A stretch of 64,000 bases of DNA from Gemmatimonadaceae bacterium (GTDB lineage: Bacteria; Gemmatimonadota; Gemmatimonadetes; Gemmatimonadales; Gemmatimonadaceae). The notes below the pieces were generated by a model. That model searched no databases. It saw only the letters and a list, made by a program, of their open reading frames with translations, and was not told the origin of the DNA. The stretch lies in the NCBI GenBank assembly GCA_044224875.1, contig JBGAJQ010000009.1:32001-96000 (forward strand). The letters run 5' to 3'. Every line of letters begins with the position of its first letter. Positions within the stretch are counted from its first letter, which is position 1. Below, in pieces: positions 17,605-27,524 of this stretch. The position numbers and the translations under genes were made by a program.

Positions 17605-18479
17605 GCGCCGGCTCCCGTGCGCCAGTCGGGTTGGAAGACATACCACTCATCGGCATGCGCGGCCACCACGTCAGCGATCCGCGCGGTCAAGCGGCGGGCA
17701 AGGGCCTCACGTGCCTCCGGTTCGCTTGCATCGGCGTACACTGGCGGATCGAAGTGAACCACGTACCGCGTGGGTGCGCCGCGCGGCTCCTTGCAGATGT
17801 AGGCGACGATCACCGGCGCACCTGTGGCGACCGCTAGTGCGGCAGGTCCAACCGGCACAGCGCGCATGCCGGACTTGAAGGGAAGTTCAACGCCACGCGT
17901 GCGATCGCCGACCACGCGATCGGCCAGCAAGAGCACGAGCGCATGCTCCTTGAGCGCTGCGTAGGTTCCCGTACCGGCGCGGTTCAGACCGATCACCTGC
18001 AAGCCGGTGGCCTCGCGTAATGATGCCAGCGCATCGTACACGTCCGGCGCGAGATTCTCGGCGACGGCGTACGTACGGTACCCCTTGGCGGCGAGGCAAG
18101 CGCCGCCCAGTTCATACGGACCCAGGTGGGCACTGATCACGATGGCGCCGGTGCCGCGTGTCAGGGCCGCGTCCACGTGTTCGGCGCCGTCGAAGCCGAC
18201 GGTCTGGCCCAGCTCTTCCCGCGACGCGGTGGGGAGGCGGTAGAGATCGACGGCAGCCGCCCCAAAATTCGCGAAGGTGCGTCGCGCCCATCGGCGACGC
18301 TCAGCCGGCGAGAGCTCCGGCCGCAGAAAGGCGAGCGACTGCAACACCGTGCGCCGTCGATCGGGCATGGCGAGATAGGCAATCCACGCGAGTGCCCTGG
18401 CCAGGGCGCGGACTGGTCCGACAGGTACAACGCGCAGCACCCGGGTGGCGACGCGGATGACGCCGGCTGATGGGATCAT
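17601..18479 (-). CDS. Lysophospholipid/lipid A acyltransferase superfamily, PatA-like (PIM acyltransferase)
   Basis: HxxxxE motif 'AHLGPYE', 'LLADR', 'GPAALAVATGAP', C-terminal 'EWYVFQPDW'; start re-called to ATG 18479 to avoid overlap with the upstream gene. Confidence 0.8.
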   Translation of the reverse strand: MIPSAGVIRVATRVLRVVPVGPVRALARALAWIAYLAMPDRRRTVLQSLAFLRPELSPAERRRWARRTFANFGAAAVDLYRLPTASREELGQTVGFDGAEHVDAALTRGTGAIVISAHLGPYELGGACLAAKGYRTYAVAENLAPDVYDALASLREATGLQVIGLNRAGTGTYAALKEHALVLLLADRVVGDRTRGVELPFKSGMRAVPVGPAALAVATGAPVIVAYICKEPRGAPTRYVVHFDPPVYADASEPEAREALARRLTARIADVVAAHADEWYVFQPDWRTGAGA

Positions 18480-18567
18480 GCCGGGGTTCGGTCGCGGGTA
18501 GCTGGGGCTGACGTCCCGCGCCCACGCACGCGCAACACCTGGTGCGAGGCCGACGGCCGCTCCGGCC

Positions 18568-18993
18568 TCAATCGACAGCCGGGACAACCAATGTACGATC
18601 GATGACCACCGTGCCATTGGGGTTTGCACCGATCTTTTCAACCACGCGCAGATGGTACTGGCCCGGATTGAGCTGGATGCTGCCGCTGTAGGTCAGGAGC
18701 GCGGGACCCGTGGCGCAGGTGCGGATCGGGTTCTGGATCACGTTCATGGTGACTTCCAGACCAGCAGGTGCAACGCCAGAGGACAGCGTCGATCCGCAGA
18801 GATTGCCGAACGCCTGGCGGTAGATGTAAAGCGCGCGAGCGGCGACCGCAACCGAATCGAAGGTGGGCGATCCCGGCGCGGGTGAGAGCGTCTCGGCGTA
18901 CTGAAAGCTCACCAACACGGGCTGATTCGGATCGTTCCCGCCCCCGCATGCCCACGACAATGCCACGAGGCCGGCCACCAGGAGAACACGCAT
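18568..18993 (-). CDS. Hypothetical lipoprotein
   Basis: Signal peptide with lipobox 'SWAC'; beta-rich mature part with two Cys. Confidence 0.65.
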   Translation of the reverse strand: MRVLLVAGLVALSWACGGGNDPNQPVLVSFQYAETLSPAPGSPTFDSVAVAARALYIYRQAFGNLCGSTLSSGVAPAGLEVTMNVIQNPIRTCATGPALLTYSGSIQLNPGQYHLRVVEKIGANPNGTVVIDRTLVVPAVD

Positions 18994-19133
18994 AAACGCT
19001 CCACGACAGGTACATTGGCCGTCGAACCTGCGTGTGCGACGACCGTGATGGATGATAGCACCTTGTCGAAAACCGGGTACAGGGCGATCCTCTTCCCGCT
19101 ACCGAAATCCTGCCACCGTCACGCGGAACTTCC

Positions 19134-19757
19134 ATGGGCCAAGAAGTCACGTGCACCCTGATACGGGGCCGCAAACGCGAGCTTGGTCGGGCGCATCTGG
19201 AAGGCGATCACCTGCTGTTTCGCGGCGATGCCGAGCGAGTAAAGGTCGTGTTCAAGGACCTAACGAAGGTGACGGCGCACGACGGGCGGTTGTCCCTGAC
19301 ATCGGGTGCCAGCTCCATCGCCCTCGAGCTTGGCGCGCTCGCCGCGCCGTGGGCCGCGAAGATTCTGAATCCACGCTCACTGGTCGACAAGCTCGGCGTG
19401 AAGCCAGGGATGCGCGTGGCGGCGGTGCATGTGGAAGATGCCTCCGTCCTCCAACAGATCCGCGAAGCGGGCGCCGACTTGCGCACAGACAGCATCCCGC
19501 GTGAGAGCGACGTGATCCTGTTCGGTGTCGAGCAGGCGAAGGCACTGGATCGCCTGACAAAGCTCAAGGCGTCGATCAAGCCAGCAGGTGCAATCTGGGT
19601 CGTGCACCGCAAGGGCAAGGACGCGACGCTTCGCGATATCGAGGTGTTCGCGGCCGCCAAGAAGGCTGGGTTGGTGGACAACAAGGTCGTGTCGTTTTCC
19701 GCCACACATACCGCTGAGCGGCTGGTCATTCCCGTACGCGATCGAGCCGGGAAGTAA
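19134..19757 (+). CDS. DUF3052-like protein with N-terminal extension
   Basis: 'SLVDKLGVKPG', 'GAIWVV..KG', 'GLVDNKVVSFS'. Confidence 0.65.
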   Translation: MGQEVTCTLIRGRKRELGRAHLEGDHLLFRGDAERVKVVFKDLTKVTAHDGRLSLTSGASSIALELGALAAPWAAKILNPRSLVDKLGVKPGMRVAAVHVEDASVLQQIREAGADLRTDSIPRESDVILFGVEQAKALDRLTKLKASIKPAGAIWVVHRKGKDATLRDIEVFAAAKKAGLVDNKVVSFSATHTAERLVIPVRDRAGK

Positions 19758-19765
19758 CGACGTCG

Positions 19766-21041
19766 TCAGCCTCGACGTGCCTCGACGCGCATCAGCATCT
19801 GGCTTCGCGGGCGCAGCGTGATGATGGGATGAGGCTGCACGGCTTCGCCGCTCGAACGAAAGCGCCAGTGGCGTCCGATCGTGGCGAGGAGCAGTATCCC
19901 CTCCATCCACGCGAAGGGCTCGCCAATGCACACTCGCGCGCCACCGCCAAACGGGAAGTACGCGAACTTGTACCGGTCGGACGACGCGTCAGGCGCCCAC
20001 CGGTCCGGGTCAAATCGCTCCGGCTCGGGAAACCAGCGGCTATCGCGGTGCACGATCCATTGCGACATGATCACGATGCCGTTGGCTGGCACGCGAAATC
20101 CTCCGATGACCACGTCATCCAGGGCGCGACGCGAGTTGGTCGAGTTCACGATGCCAGCGCGCTTCGACCTCCGGGTGGTTCGCAATGAGGTACCACGTCC
20201 AGCTCAATGCAACCGCCGTCGTCTCGTGCCCCGCGATGAACAGGGTCAGCGCCTCATCACGGATTTGACGGTCGGTCATGCCCGTGCCATCCCCCTCGAC
20301 ATCACGCGCCTGTAGCAACATCGACAACAGATCGCCCGTATCGACTCCCGTCGCGCGGCGCTCGGCGATCACGCGATAGATCGTCTGTTCGAGGCGCGCG
20401 CGTCCGCGACGAAATCGGAGGCTGGCGGGAAGCGGCAGCCACTGCAGCAGGTGCCCTAATGGAAGGAAGGCGCTGGCTCGAAATGCCGAGAAGGTGTCGG
20501 TGAGCGCTTCACCGATGTCGCGTGCTTCTGCTTCGACGTCGGCGTCGAACAGGGTCTTGCCGACGATGGCGAGGGTCAGCGCCATCATTTCCGAGTGCAC
20601 GCTGACGGTATCGCCGTTCTTCCAACGCCGCGATCGCCGTGCAGCGAACTCCACCATCGTCTGCGCGTAGGCGGCAATGCGCTGCCGATGGAACGCCGGC
20701 TGCATCAGCCGGCGCTGGCGACGGTGAAAGTCACCTTCACTGGTGAGAAGGCCGTTGCCTAACAAAACCCGTGCGCGTTCCAGTGCTCGCCCCTTCTTGA
20801 AGCTCCGCTGCTGGGTTACCAGGACGTCGCGAATGGCCTCGGGATGGGAGACGAGGAACATCTCCTCGCCGCCCAATCGGAAGCGAACGACGTCGCCATG
20901 GGTCTGCGCCAGCTCGGACAGGAAGGTCAGCGGATCACGAATCATCCGCAGCAAGTTCCGCCCGGGGATGGACCACGCGGGACCCGGCGGCGTTGCGACT
21001 GGCGGTCCGGCCTCAGCGCCGGACCCCACGCTGCTCGTCAC
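19766..21041 (-). pseudogene. Cytochrome P450 disrupted by an internal deletion with frameshift near 20130
   Basis: 5' frame (GTG 21041 to TGA 20115) has I-helix 'AGHETTA'; 3' frame has 'PERFDPDRW' and heme motif 'FGGGARVCIG'; the J/K-helix region with ExxR is absent at the junction. Confidence 0.85.
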
Positions 21042-21850
21042 CGCACGCCGAACGTGAGTGTGGCCCACCGACTTTCGTGCGTGAGTCCATCGTGCGGCGC
21101 CTTGTCCATGCGAATGAACTTCACGTACCAGACACCGCGCGACGACAGGGTGATTGTTGCCGTGCCATTCGCGTCGGCACGGACGTTCTGCACTGGGAGT
21201 CGCGCCCCGCTCCCGTCGCGGCCACCGGCGATGACCACGACGCTTCCCGCCGACTTCCCATCCAGCAGGCAATGGACCGAGAACTTCTCTCCCACCTTCA
21301 GCGCGTACGGATTCTGTGCCGGGACAATCTCGGCGGGGTAGCCGAGCACCGTGGCGTAGTCGTCGGTCCGCTGCTCGCCAACTTGGAAGATCGCCTTCAC
21401 GTGCTTGTGATACCGCTCGTTTGACGAGAGGCCTAGCTCATTGTCCCGCTCGCGCTGTGCAAGGACATCACCGAGTCCCTCATCCTTGAGATATGCGTTG
21501 AATTCCTTGGCGGGGAGCTTGAGCTCGCGTGGTAGCGTGGACGCGCCCAAGACATAGGTACCTGGGCCCCTGACTTGAACGGCGACAAAGCCCGACTTGT
21601 TACCGGGTGCCGGTGTCCAGGCCGAGGTATCGATGGCGCTCCGCGTGCCGCCGCCGACCAGAGCGAGATCGCGCAACCTGTCGCGGGTGATGTAGTTCTC
21701 GCTGGTGGAGAACGTCCCGTTCAGGACTGCAACCTTCACGGAGCTATTCGGGGTGGGGAAGTAGTCAGAAAGCTTAAGGAACAGGTCGTGCGCTCGCAGG
21801 AGCGACGTGACGGTTGCGAGCAAGACCAGGGCATAGAACGCGCGGCGCAT
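21038..21850 (-). CDS. DUF4198-domain secreted protein
   Basis: Signal peptide then 'AHDLFL'; 'ERYHKHVKAIFQVG', 'EIVPAQNPY', 'WATLTFG'; start re-called to ATG 21850. Confidence 0.8.
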   Translation of the reverse strand: MRRAFYALVLLATVTSLLRAHDLFLKLSDYFPTPNSSVKVAVLNGTFSTSENYITRDRLRDLALVGGGTRSAIDTSAWTPAPGNKSGFVAVQVRGPGTYVLGASTLPRELKLPAKEFNAYLKDEGLGDVLAQRERDNELGLSSNERYHKHVKAIFQVGEQRTDDYATVLGYPAEIVPAQNPYALKVGEKFSVHCLLDGKSAGSVVVIAGGRDGSGARLPVQNVRADANGTATITLSSRGVWYVKFIRMDKAPHDGLTHESRWATLTFGVR

Positions 21851-21998
21851 GGAGAGTCTCAGGAGTTCGATGGAGCGGACCATGCGGGCGAGATGGCCCA
21901 GCGTCAAGGCGATTCTGGCCAAGACTTGCGAGCCCCCGTGTTGCGCCGTATCACCAGACGATTCGGGTCCTCGTCCCCCTTCTCGATGGATTGCTGTC

Positions 21999-24900
21999 AT
22001 GCGCCTTGACTTGCTGCTTAGCCATCGCCCTATGATCGTCGCGGCATTGTGTGTCGCGACGTCGCTCGCCGCCCAGACGCCTGGCGACACCGCGAAGAAG
22101 ACGGCGCCAAACAGCGACCTTCCGCTCGTGCCGACGCGCCCGCTCAAATTCACCACGGACGAGGGGACGTGGATGTCCCTGGATGTATCGCCGGACGGGC
22201 GAACGGTGGTCTTCGACTTGTTAGGCGATTTGTACACCGTTCCGTTGGCTGGCGGGGCGGCGACACGCATCAGTGGGGGCTCGGGGTTCGACGGCCAGCC
22301 GCGTTATGCGCCGGATGGCAAGAGCATCGTGTTTGTCAGTGATCGATCGGGGAGCGAGAATCTCTGGCTGGTCGACATCGACGGCCGGAATGCTCGGGCG
22401 CTGACGAAGGGGAGTGGTTTTGCGTATGTGTCGCCGGACTGGACACCGGACGGGAATTACGTGGTGACGTCGAAAGGGGCCGGCACCCTCGACCTGTGGA
22501 TGATCCACAAGGATGGCGGCGCGGGCTTCAAGCTGACGGGGCAGACGCCGGCTCCGAGTGCTGGCGGAGGACCGGGCGGAGGTGGCCCGAACCACTTCAT
22601 GGGCGCGAACGTCAGTCCCGATGGGCGCTACATCTATTCGAATGCACGCACCGGCGGCTCGCAGTACAACCAGATGCTGGGAAGCGCGTACCAGATCTAC
22701 ATGTACGATCGCGAAACGGGCCGCAATTTCACGCGAACGCAAAACCTCGGTGCCGGCATGCGTCCCGCGGTGAGTCCCGATGGCCAGTGGTTGGCCTATG
22801 CGTCCCGCAAGATGGCGGTGACGGGACTCAAAATGCGGAACTTGGCAACCGGTGACGAGCGCTGGCTGCTGACCGAAATCCAGCGCGACGACATGGAATC
22901 GCGCGCGTCGCGCGATGCGCTCCCTGGGTATTCGTGGACTCCCGATTCGCGCGAAATCGTCATCGCCCATCACGGGAAGATCTGGCGCGTGGATGTGGGC
23001 AGCGGAAAGGAGACCGCTGTGCCATTCACGGCCGATGTCGACGTGATGCTTGGGGAGTTGGCGCGATTCGACTACGAGATGAACGACAGTGTGCTGACGG
23101 TTCGCCAGATCCGTGGGGCGAGTCCGTCACCCGACGGCAAGCAGTTGGCATTTTCCGCCCTCGACAAGCTCTGGTTGTTGGAGCTGCCGAACGGAACGCC
23201 GCGTCGCGTGACCCAATCTGCCGAAGGCGAGCACTCCCCCGCGTGGTCGCCCGATGGGAAGTACATCGCGTACGTCACGTGGACCGAGGATGGCGGCGAC
23301 ATCTATCGGGTAGCAGCTGACGGCAAGAGCAAACCGGAGCGCCTAACGACGCAGCGGGCATTCTACGAGAGTCCGGCCTACAACCCCGGAGGCACACGGA
23401 TTGTGGCGGCTCGCGGACCGCGCGCCCAGCGGGAGATCCGGAACGACGAGATCAACGGCGGGTTGACGATCATGGAGCTGGTGTGGATTCCGTCGTCCGG
23501 CGGAGCTGCGAAGCTCATCACTCCGCTAAACAACTTTGGCCAGCCGCACTTCTCATCGGACAGCACGCGCATCTACGTGTATGAGAGCGCGGACGGGCTG
23601 ACGTCCTTGCGCTGGGATGGCACGGATCGCAAGGCGCACCTGAAGGTGACGGGGTTTCAGGCGCCGGGGGCCGGACCCAATGCGCAACCGCGTCAGGCCG
23701 ACGATCTGCTGATCTCCCCGGACGGCTCCCAGGTGCTGGCCCAGATCGACAACAAGCTCTACCTGATGCCGATGCCGCTGACGGGCGGGCAGGTGCCGAC
23801 CGTGTCCGTGAATCAGGGTGCCAATGCCGCTGTACCGGCGCGCCGCATAACGCGCACGGGGGGCGATTTCGTCGGATGGAACATCGATGGCCGCGGGTTC
23901 CACTATTCGTTAGGTCGTTCCTACTTTTCCTATGACCTCACCGCCGCCAGTGCGGCGATCGCTGACTCAACGACAAAAGGGAAGGATGCGGAGAAGCGCC
24001 CGGCATACCAGCCGACGCGCACGGACGTGACGATTCGATCGACAAAGGACCGTCCAACCGGGACCGTCGTGTTGCGGAACGCGCGCATCATTACCATGAA
24101 GGGAGACGAGGTGATCGAGCGCGGCGACGTAGTCGTCAGCAACAACAAGGTCGCGGCGGTGGGCCCGGCGGGCAGTGTGACGATACCGTCCGGGGCGAGG
24201 ACGATCGACGCCAGCGGCAAGACGATCATGCCCGGACTGGTCGACATCCACGCGCACATGTGGCCGCTGTGGGGTGTCCACGCCACGCAGCCCTACATGT
24301 ACCTGGCGAACCTGGCGTATGGTGTGACGACGACGCGTGATCCCCAGACGTCGACCACCGATGTCCTCTCATATGGTGACCTGGTGGAGACCGGTGACAT
24401 GCTGGGTCCGCGTGTGTACACCACCGGTCCGGGCGTCTTTCTGTGGGATGACGTCGTCAGCGCGGACGACGCCCGTGAGGTGATGAAGCGGTACTCCGAA
24501 CACTATCAGACGCAGACGCTGAAGCAATACATGGCGGGGGACCGAAAGCAGCGACAGTGGATCATCATGGCGGCGCGAGAGCAACGCATCACGCCCACGC
24601 TCGAAGGCGGACTGGATTTCAAGAAGAACATGACGGAGGCGATGGATGGGTACGCCGGGATCGAGCACACGTTGCCGGTGGCTCCGCTCTACAAGGACGC
24701 GGTAGAGCTGTTTGCACGAAGTGGAACCACCTGGACACCCACACTACTCGTGCAGTACGGTGGGCCGTGGGCGGAGAACTGGTGGTATGAGCACTACGAC
24801 ATCTTCGCCGACGCCAAACTGCGTCGCTTCACGCCATTCTCGGAGCTGGAGCGCCGCGGCCTGCGCCGACCCGGTTGGTTTCGTGACAACGAGTACTCGT

Positions 24901-25310
24901 TCAAGCTCTTCGCGGAGCAGGCGCGCAAGATCGTAGAGGCTGGCGGGCGAGTCGGACTTGGCGGGCACGGTCAACTGCAAGGCCTTGGTGTTCATTGGGA
25001 GCTGTGGAACATCGCCAGCGGTGGGATGAAACCGATGGACGCCTTGCGTGTGGGAACCATTTTCGGTGCGGAAGCCATTGGGCTGCAACGCTACATTGGC
25101 AGCATCGAGGCAGGGAAATGGGCAGACCTCGTGGTACTGGATCGCAACCCGCTCGATGACATCAAGAACACCAATACCATCCGATATGTCATGAAGAACG
25201 GCCGCCTGTACGACGGAGAGACGCTCGCCGAGATCTGGCCGCGTCAACGCGACGTTCCCAAGTCCTGGTGGATGACCAACGACGCCGTCGCTCCCTCGAA
25301 CCTCCGGTAA
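21999..25310 (+). CDS. PD40/TolB beta-propeller + amidohydrolase fusion
   Basis: 'TDEGTWMSLDVSPDG', many 'SPDG' repeats, 'PGLVDIHAH', 'GVTTTRDP', 'GGHGQLQGLG', 'GSIEAGKWADL'. Confidence 0.9.
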   Translation: MRLDLLLSHRPMIVAALCVATSLAAQTPGDTAKKTAPNSDLPLVPTRPLKFTTDEGTWMSLDVSPDGRTVVFDLLGDLYTVPLAGGAATRISGGSGFDGQPRYAPDGKSIVFVSDRSGSENLWLVDIDGRNARALTKGSGFAYVSPDWTPDGNYVVTSKGAGTLDLWMIHKDGGAGFKLTGQTPAPSAGGGPGGGGPNHFMGANVSPDGRYIYSNARTGGSQYNQMLGSAYQIYMYDRETGRNFTRTQNLGAGMRPAVSPDGQWLAYASRKMAVTGLKMRNLATGDERWLLTEIQRDDMESRASRDALPGYSWTPDSREIVIAHHGKIWRVDVGSGKETAVPFTADVDVMLGELARFDYEMNDSVLTVRQIRGASPSPDGKQLAFSALDKLWLLELPNGTPRRVTQSAEGEHSPAWSPDGKYIAYVTWTEDGGDIYRVAADGKSKPERLTTQRAFYESPAYNPGGTRIVAARGPRAQREIRNDEINGGLTIMELVWIPSSGGAAKLITPLNNFGQPHFSSDSTRIYVYESADGLTSLRWDGTDRKAHLKVTGFQAPGAGPNAQPRQADDLLISPDGSQVLAQIDNKLYLMPMPLTGGQVPTVSVNQGANAAVPARRITRTGGDFVGWNIDGRGFHYSLGRSYFSYDLTAASAAIADSTTKGKDAEKRPAYQPTRTDVTIRSTKDRPTGTVVLRNARIITMKGDEVIERGDVVVSNNKVAAVGPAGSVTIPSGARTIDASGKTIMPGLVDIHAHMWPLWGVHATQPYMYLANLAYGVTTTRDPQTSTTDVLSYGDLVETGDMLGPRVYTTGPGVFLWDDVVSADDAREVMKRYSEHYQTQTLKQYMAGDRKQRQWIIMAAREQRITPTLEGGLDFKKNMTEAMDGYAGIEHTLPVAPLYKDAVELFARSGTTWTPTLLVQYGGPWAENWWYEHYDIFADAKLRRFTPFSELERRGLRRPGWFRDNEYSFKLFAEQARKIVEAGGRVGLGGHGQLQGLGVHWELWNIASGGMKPMDALRVGTIFGAEAIGLQRYIGSIEAGKWADLVVLDRNPLDDIKNTNTIRYVMKNGRLYDGETLAEIWPRQRDVPKSWWMTNDAVAPSNLR

Positions 25311-25377
25311 CATCCGCCATCCCCATGTAAACATCAGGCGGTGGACGCGCTGGGCGGTCTGCGCCCTCGTCCCCGCC

Positions 25378-27504
25378 TTGGGCACCGTGCACGCGCAGAC
25401 CCGCGCCAGCACACGTGTCACCTGGACGTCTGAGTCGATGCACCTGGACGGTCACCTGGACGAACGCGTCTGGAGCCTTGCCGACTCCATCATCGATCTG
25501 CGCCAAGTGGATCCTGACGAGGGCACGCCGGGTTCCGAGCGAACGGTCGTGCGGTTCGTCGCGTCAACGGAGGGGCTATGGGTGGGTGCGTGGCTGTACG
25601 ACCGCGAGCCCTCGCGAATCGTCCATGCGCAGCTGCGACGCGATGGCGATATCGACGGGGACGACCTGTTCATCGTGGGGATCGACTCACGTCGAGACAA
25701 TCGCTCCGGCTTCCTGTTTGGCGTGAACCCAAACGGTACCGTCGCTGACGCCGAGATCTTGTCGTTCGAATCTGAAAACACGGAATGGAACGGGGTCTGG
25801 GACGCTCGCGCCCGAATCACAGGCGAGGGATGGGTGGCCGAGATGTTCATTCCGTGGCAGACGTTGCGCTACGCTGGCGACGCGACCGCCTTCCATGTCA
25901 ACGTTGGCCGGCGAATCCCGCACAAGAACGAGGAGATCCTGTGGCAAGCCTGGCGCCGGACAGAGGGCATCAATTTCCTGGAGCGCTACGGCGTGCTGGA
26001 CGGACTGCGCGACCTGCCGGGCCGCGCGGTCGCCGAACTGCGTCCATTCGTGACGGCAACGTCGAAGCTGACGGAGCGCACCTTTGCTGCGGACGGAACG
26101 CCCACGGTCCTTTCGGCGAGCGAGACCCACGCCGACGCCGGACTGGATGCCAAGTTCGGCGTGGCAAACACCCTGACGCTGGATGCCACCTATCGAACAG
26201 ACTTCGCACAGGCCGAGGTGGATCGGCAGGTGGTGAACCTGACGCGCTTTCCGCTGTTCTTTCCGGAAACACGCGCCTTCTTCCTCGAAGGATCGGGGAT
26301 CTTCGAGTTTGGCCGTCTCCGGCAGACGCAACTCTTCGACAGCCGGCGGATTGGCCTCGACGGCAATGGGGCATCCGTTCCGATTCTTGGTGGGGCTCGG
26401 CTCACGGGACGGATCGCGTCCGAACAGGTCGGGCTGCTGGCGATCCGCACCGGAGGGAACGAGGACGCGACCGATGTCGTGGCGCGCGTGAAGCACGATG
26501 TGCTCGGGCGAGGATTCGTTGGGGCGATGGCCACACTGCAGGACCGGCCGAATAGCCGACGATCGCTGGCCGGAGGCGTCGACTTCAACCTGCCGTACAT
26601 TGTCCGCGGCCAGAACCTCGTGCTCCTGGGGACGGTCGCCATGGATGAACGATCGGACACGACGGGTCACGCCACGTACGGTCGGTTCGTGCTGGACTAC
26701 CCGAATGATGCGGCAGACATCGTGATGCGGTACGATGTCGTGGGACGTGGCTTCAATCCGGCGTTGGGATTCGTGGAGCAGTCCGGCGTTTCGCGTTTCG
26801 CGGGGCAGATCGAGTTGACACCTCGTCCGCGCCGACTGGGCATCCGGAAGCTCAGTTTCGTCCTGCCCTCCTGGAACTGGGTGCGTTACACCGATGGCTC
26901 GCTCAGCAACGCGTCACTGGAGATACGGCCGTTCGGCGCTGACTTCGAGAATGGGGCGTCGGTGGAGCTGAACTGGCAGCGTTCGTGGGATGTGCCGCGC
27001 GAAGCGTTTGAGCTGTTTCCAGGGACGGAGATCGCCGCTGGGCGGTATTCATGGAGTCGTGTCGAGCTCCAGCTCGAGTCGTCGCCGGCGCGCACGTTGC
27101 GTGCCGAGGTGACGGCGAGCGTTGGTGAGTTCTACGAGCGGACTGGGGACGCAGTGGAATTCGGCCTCTTTGCGAGGGCACAACCCCACCTTCTCATCGG
27201 CGTTGAGGGCGAGTGGAAGCGAATTCGCGGCGGTGGATTCGACACCTTCTCGGCCAGGGTCGGTCGAGTGCGGTTGGACTACGCCATGAATCCACGGGTA
27301 AGTGCGACGTTCTTCGGCCAGTACGACAACGAGTCAGAGCGGCTGGCCTTCAATGCTCGCGTGCGGTGGAACCGGTCACCGGGAAGTGACGCGTACCTTG
27401 TCTGGAACTCGGCGTGGACAACGGAGCTGGACAGCGGAGTGCCATGGCGAACGCCGACGCGTGGTGCGCTCATCGCCAAGTACGTGCACTACCTCCGCCG
27501 GTAA
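25378..27504 (+). CDS. DUF5916 / CBM9-like domain outer-membrane protein (true start probably slightly upstream)
   Basis: 'LDGHLDE..W', 'WNGVWDA', 'TDFAQAEVD...NLTRFPLFFPETRAFFLEG', 'SRRIGL'. Confidence 0.82.
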   Translation: MGTVHAQTRASTRVTWTSESMHLDGHLDERVWSLADSIIDLRQVDPDEGTPGSERTVVRFVASTEGLWVGAWLYDREPSRIVHAQLRRDGDIDGDDLFIVGIDSRRDNRSGFLFGVNPNGTVADAEILSFESENTEWNGVWDARARITGEGWVAEMFIPWQTLRYAGDATAFHVNVGRRIPHKNEEILWQAWRRTEGINFLERYGVLDGLRDLPGRAVAELRPFVTATSKLTERTFAADGTPTVLSASETHADAGLDAKFGVANTLTLDATYRTDFAQAEVDRQVVNLTRFPLFFPETRAFFLEGSGIFEFGRLRQTQLFDSRRIGLDGNGASVPILGGARLTGRIASEQVGLLAIRTGGNEDATDVVARVKHDVLGRGFVGAMATLQDRPNSRRSLAGGVDFNLPYIVRGQNLVLLGTVAMDERSDTTGHATYGRFVLDYPNDAADIVMRYDVVGRGFNPALGFVEQSGVSRFAGQIELTPRPRRLGIRKLSFVLPSWNWVRYTDGSLSNASLEIRPFGADFENGASVELNWQRSWDVPREAFELFPGTEIAAGRYSWSRVELQLESSPARTLRAEVTASVGEFYERTGDAVEFGLFARAQPHLLIGVEGEWKRIRGGGFDTFSARVGRVRLDYAMNPRVSATFFGQYDNESERLAFNARVRWNRSPGSDAYLVWNSAWTTELDSGVPWRTPTRGALIAKYVHYLRR

Positions 27505-27524
27505 CCGACAGTCCGTGCGTTAGG

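Noticed and set aside
20115..20185. Programmed frameshift producing a full P450
   Set aside because: The ExxR-containing segment is physically missing, so recoding could not give an intact enzyme.
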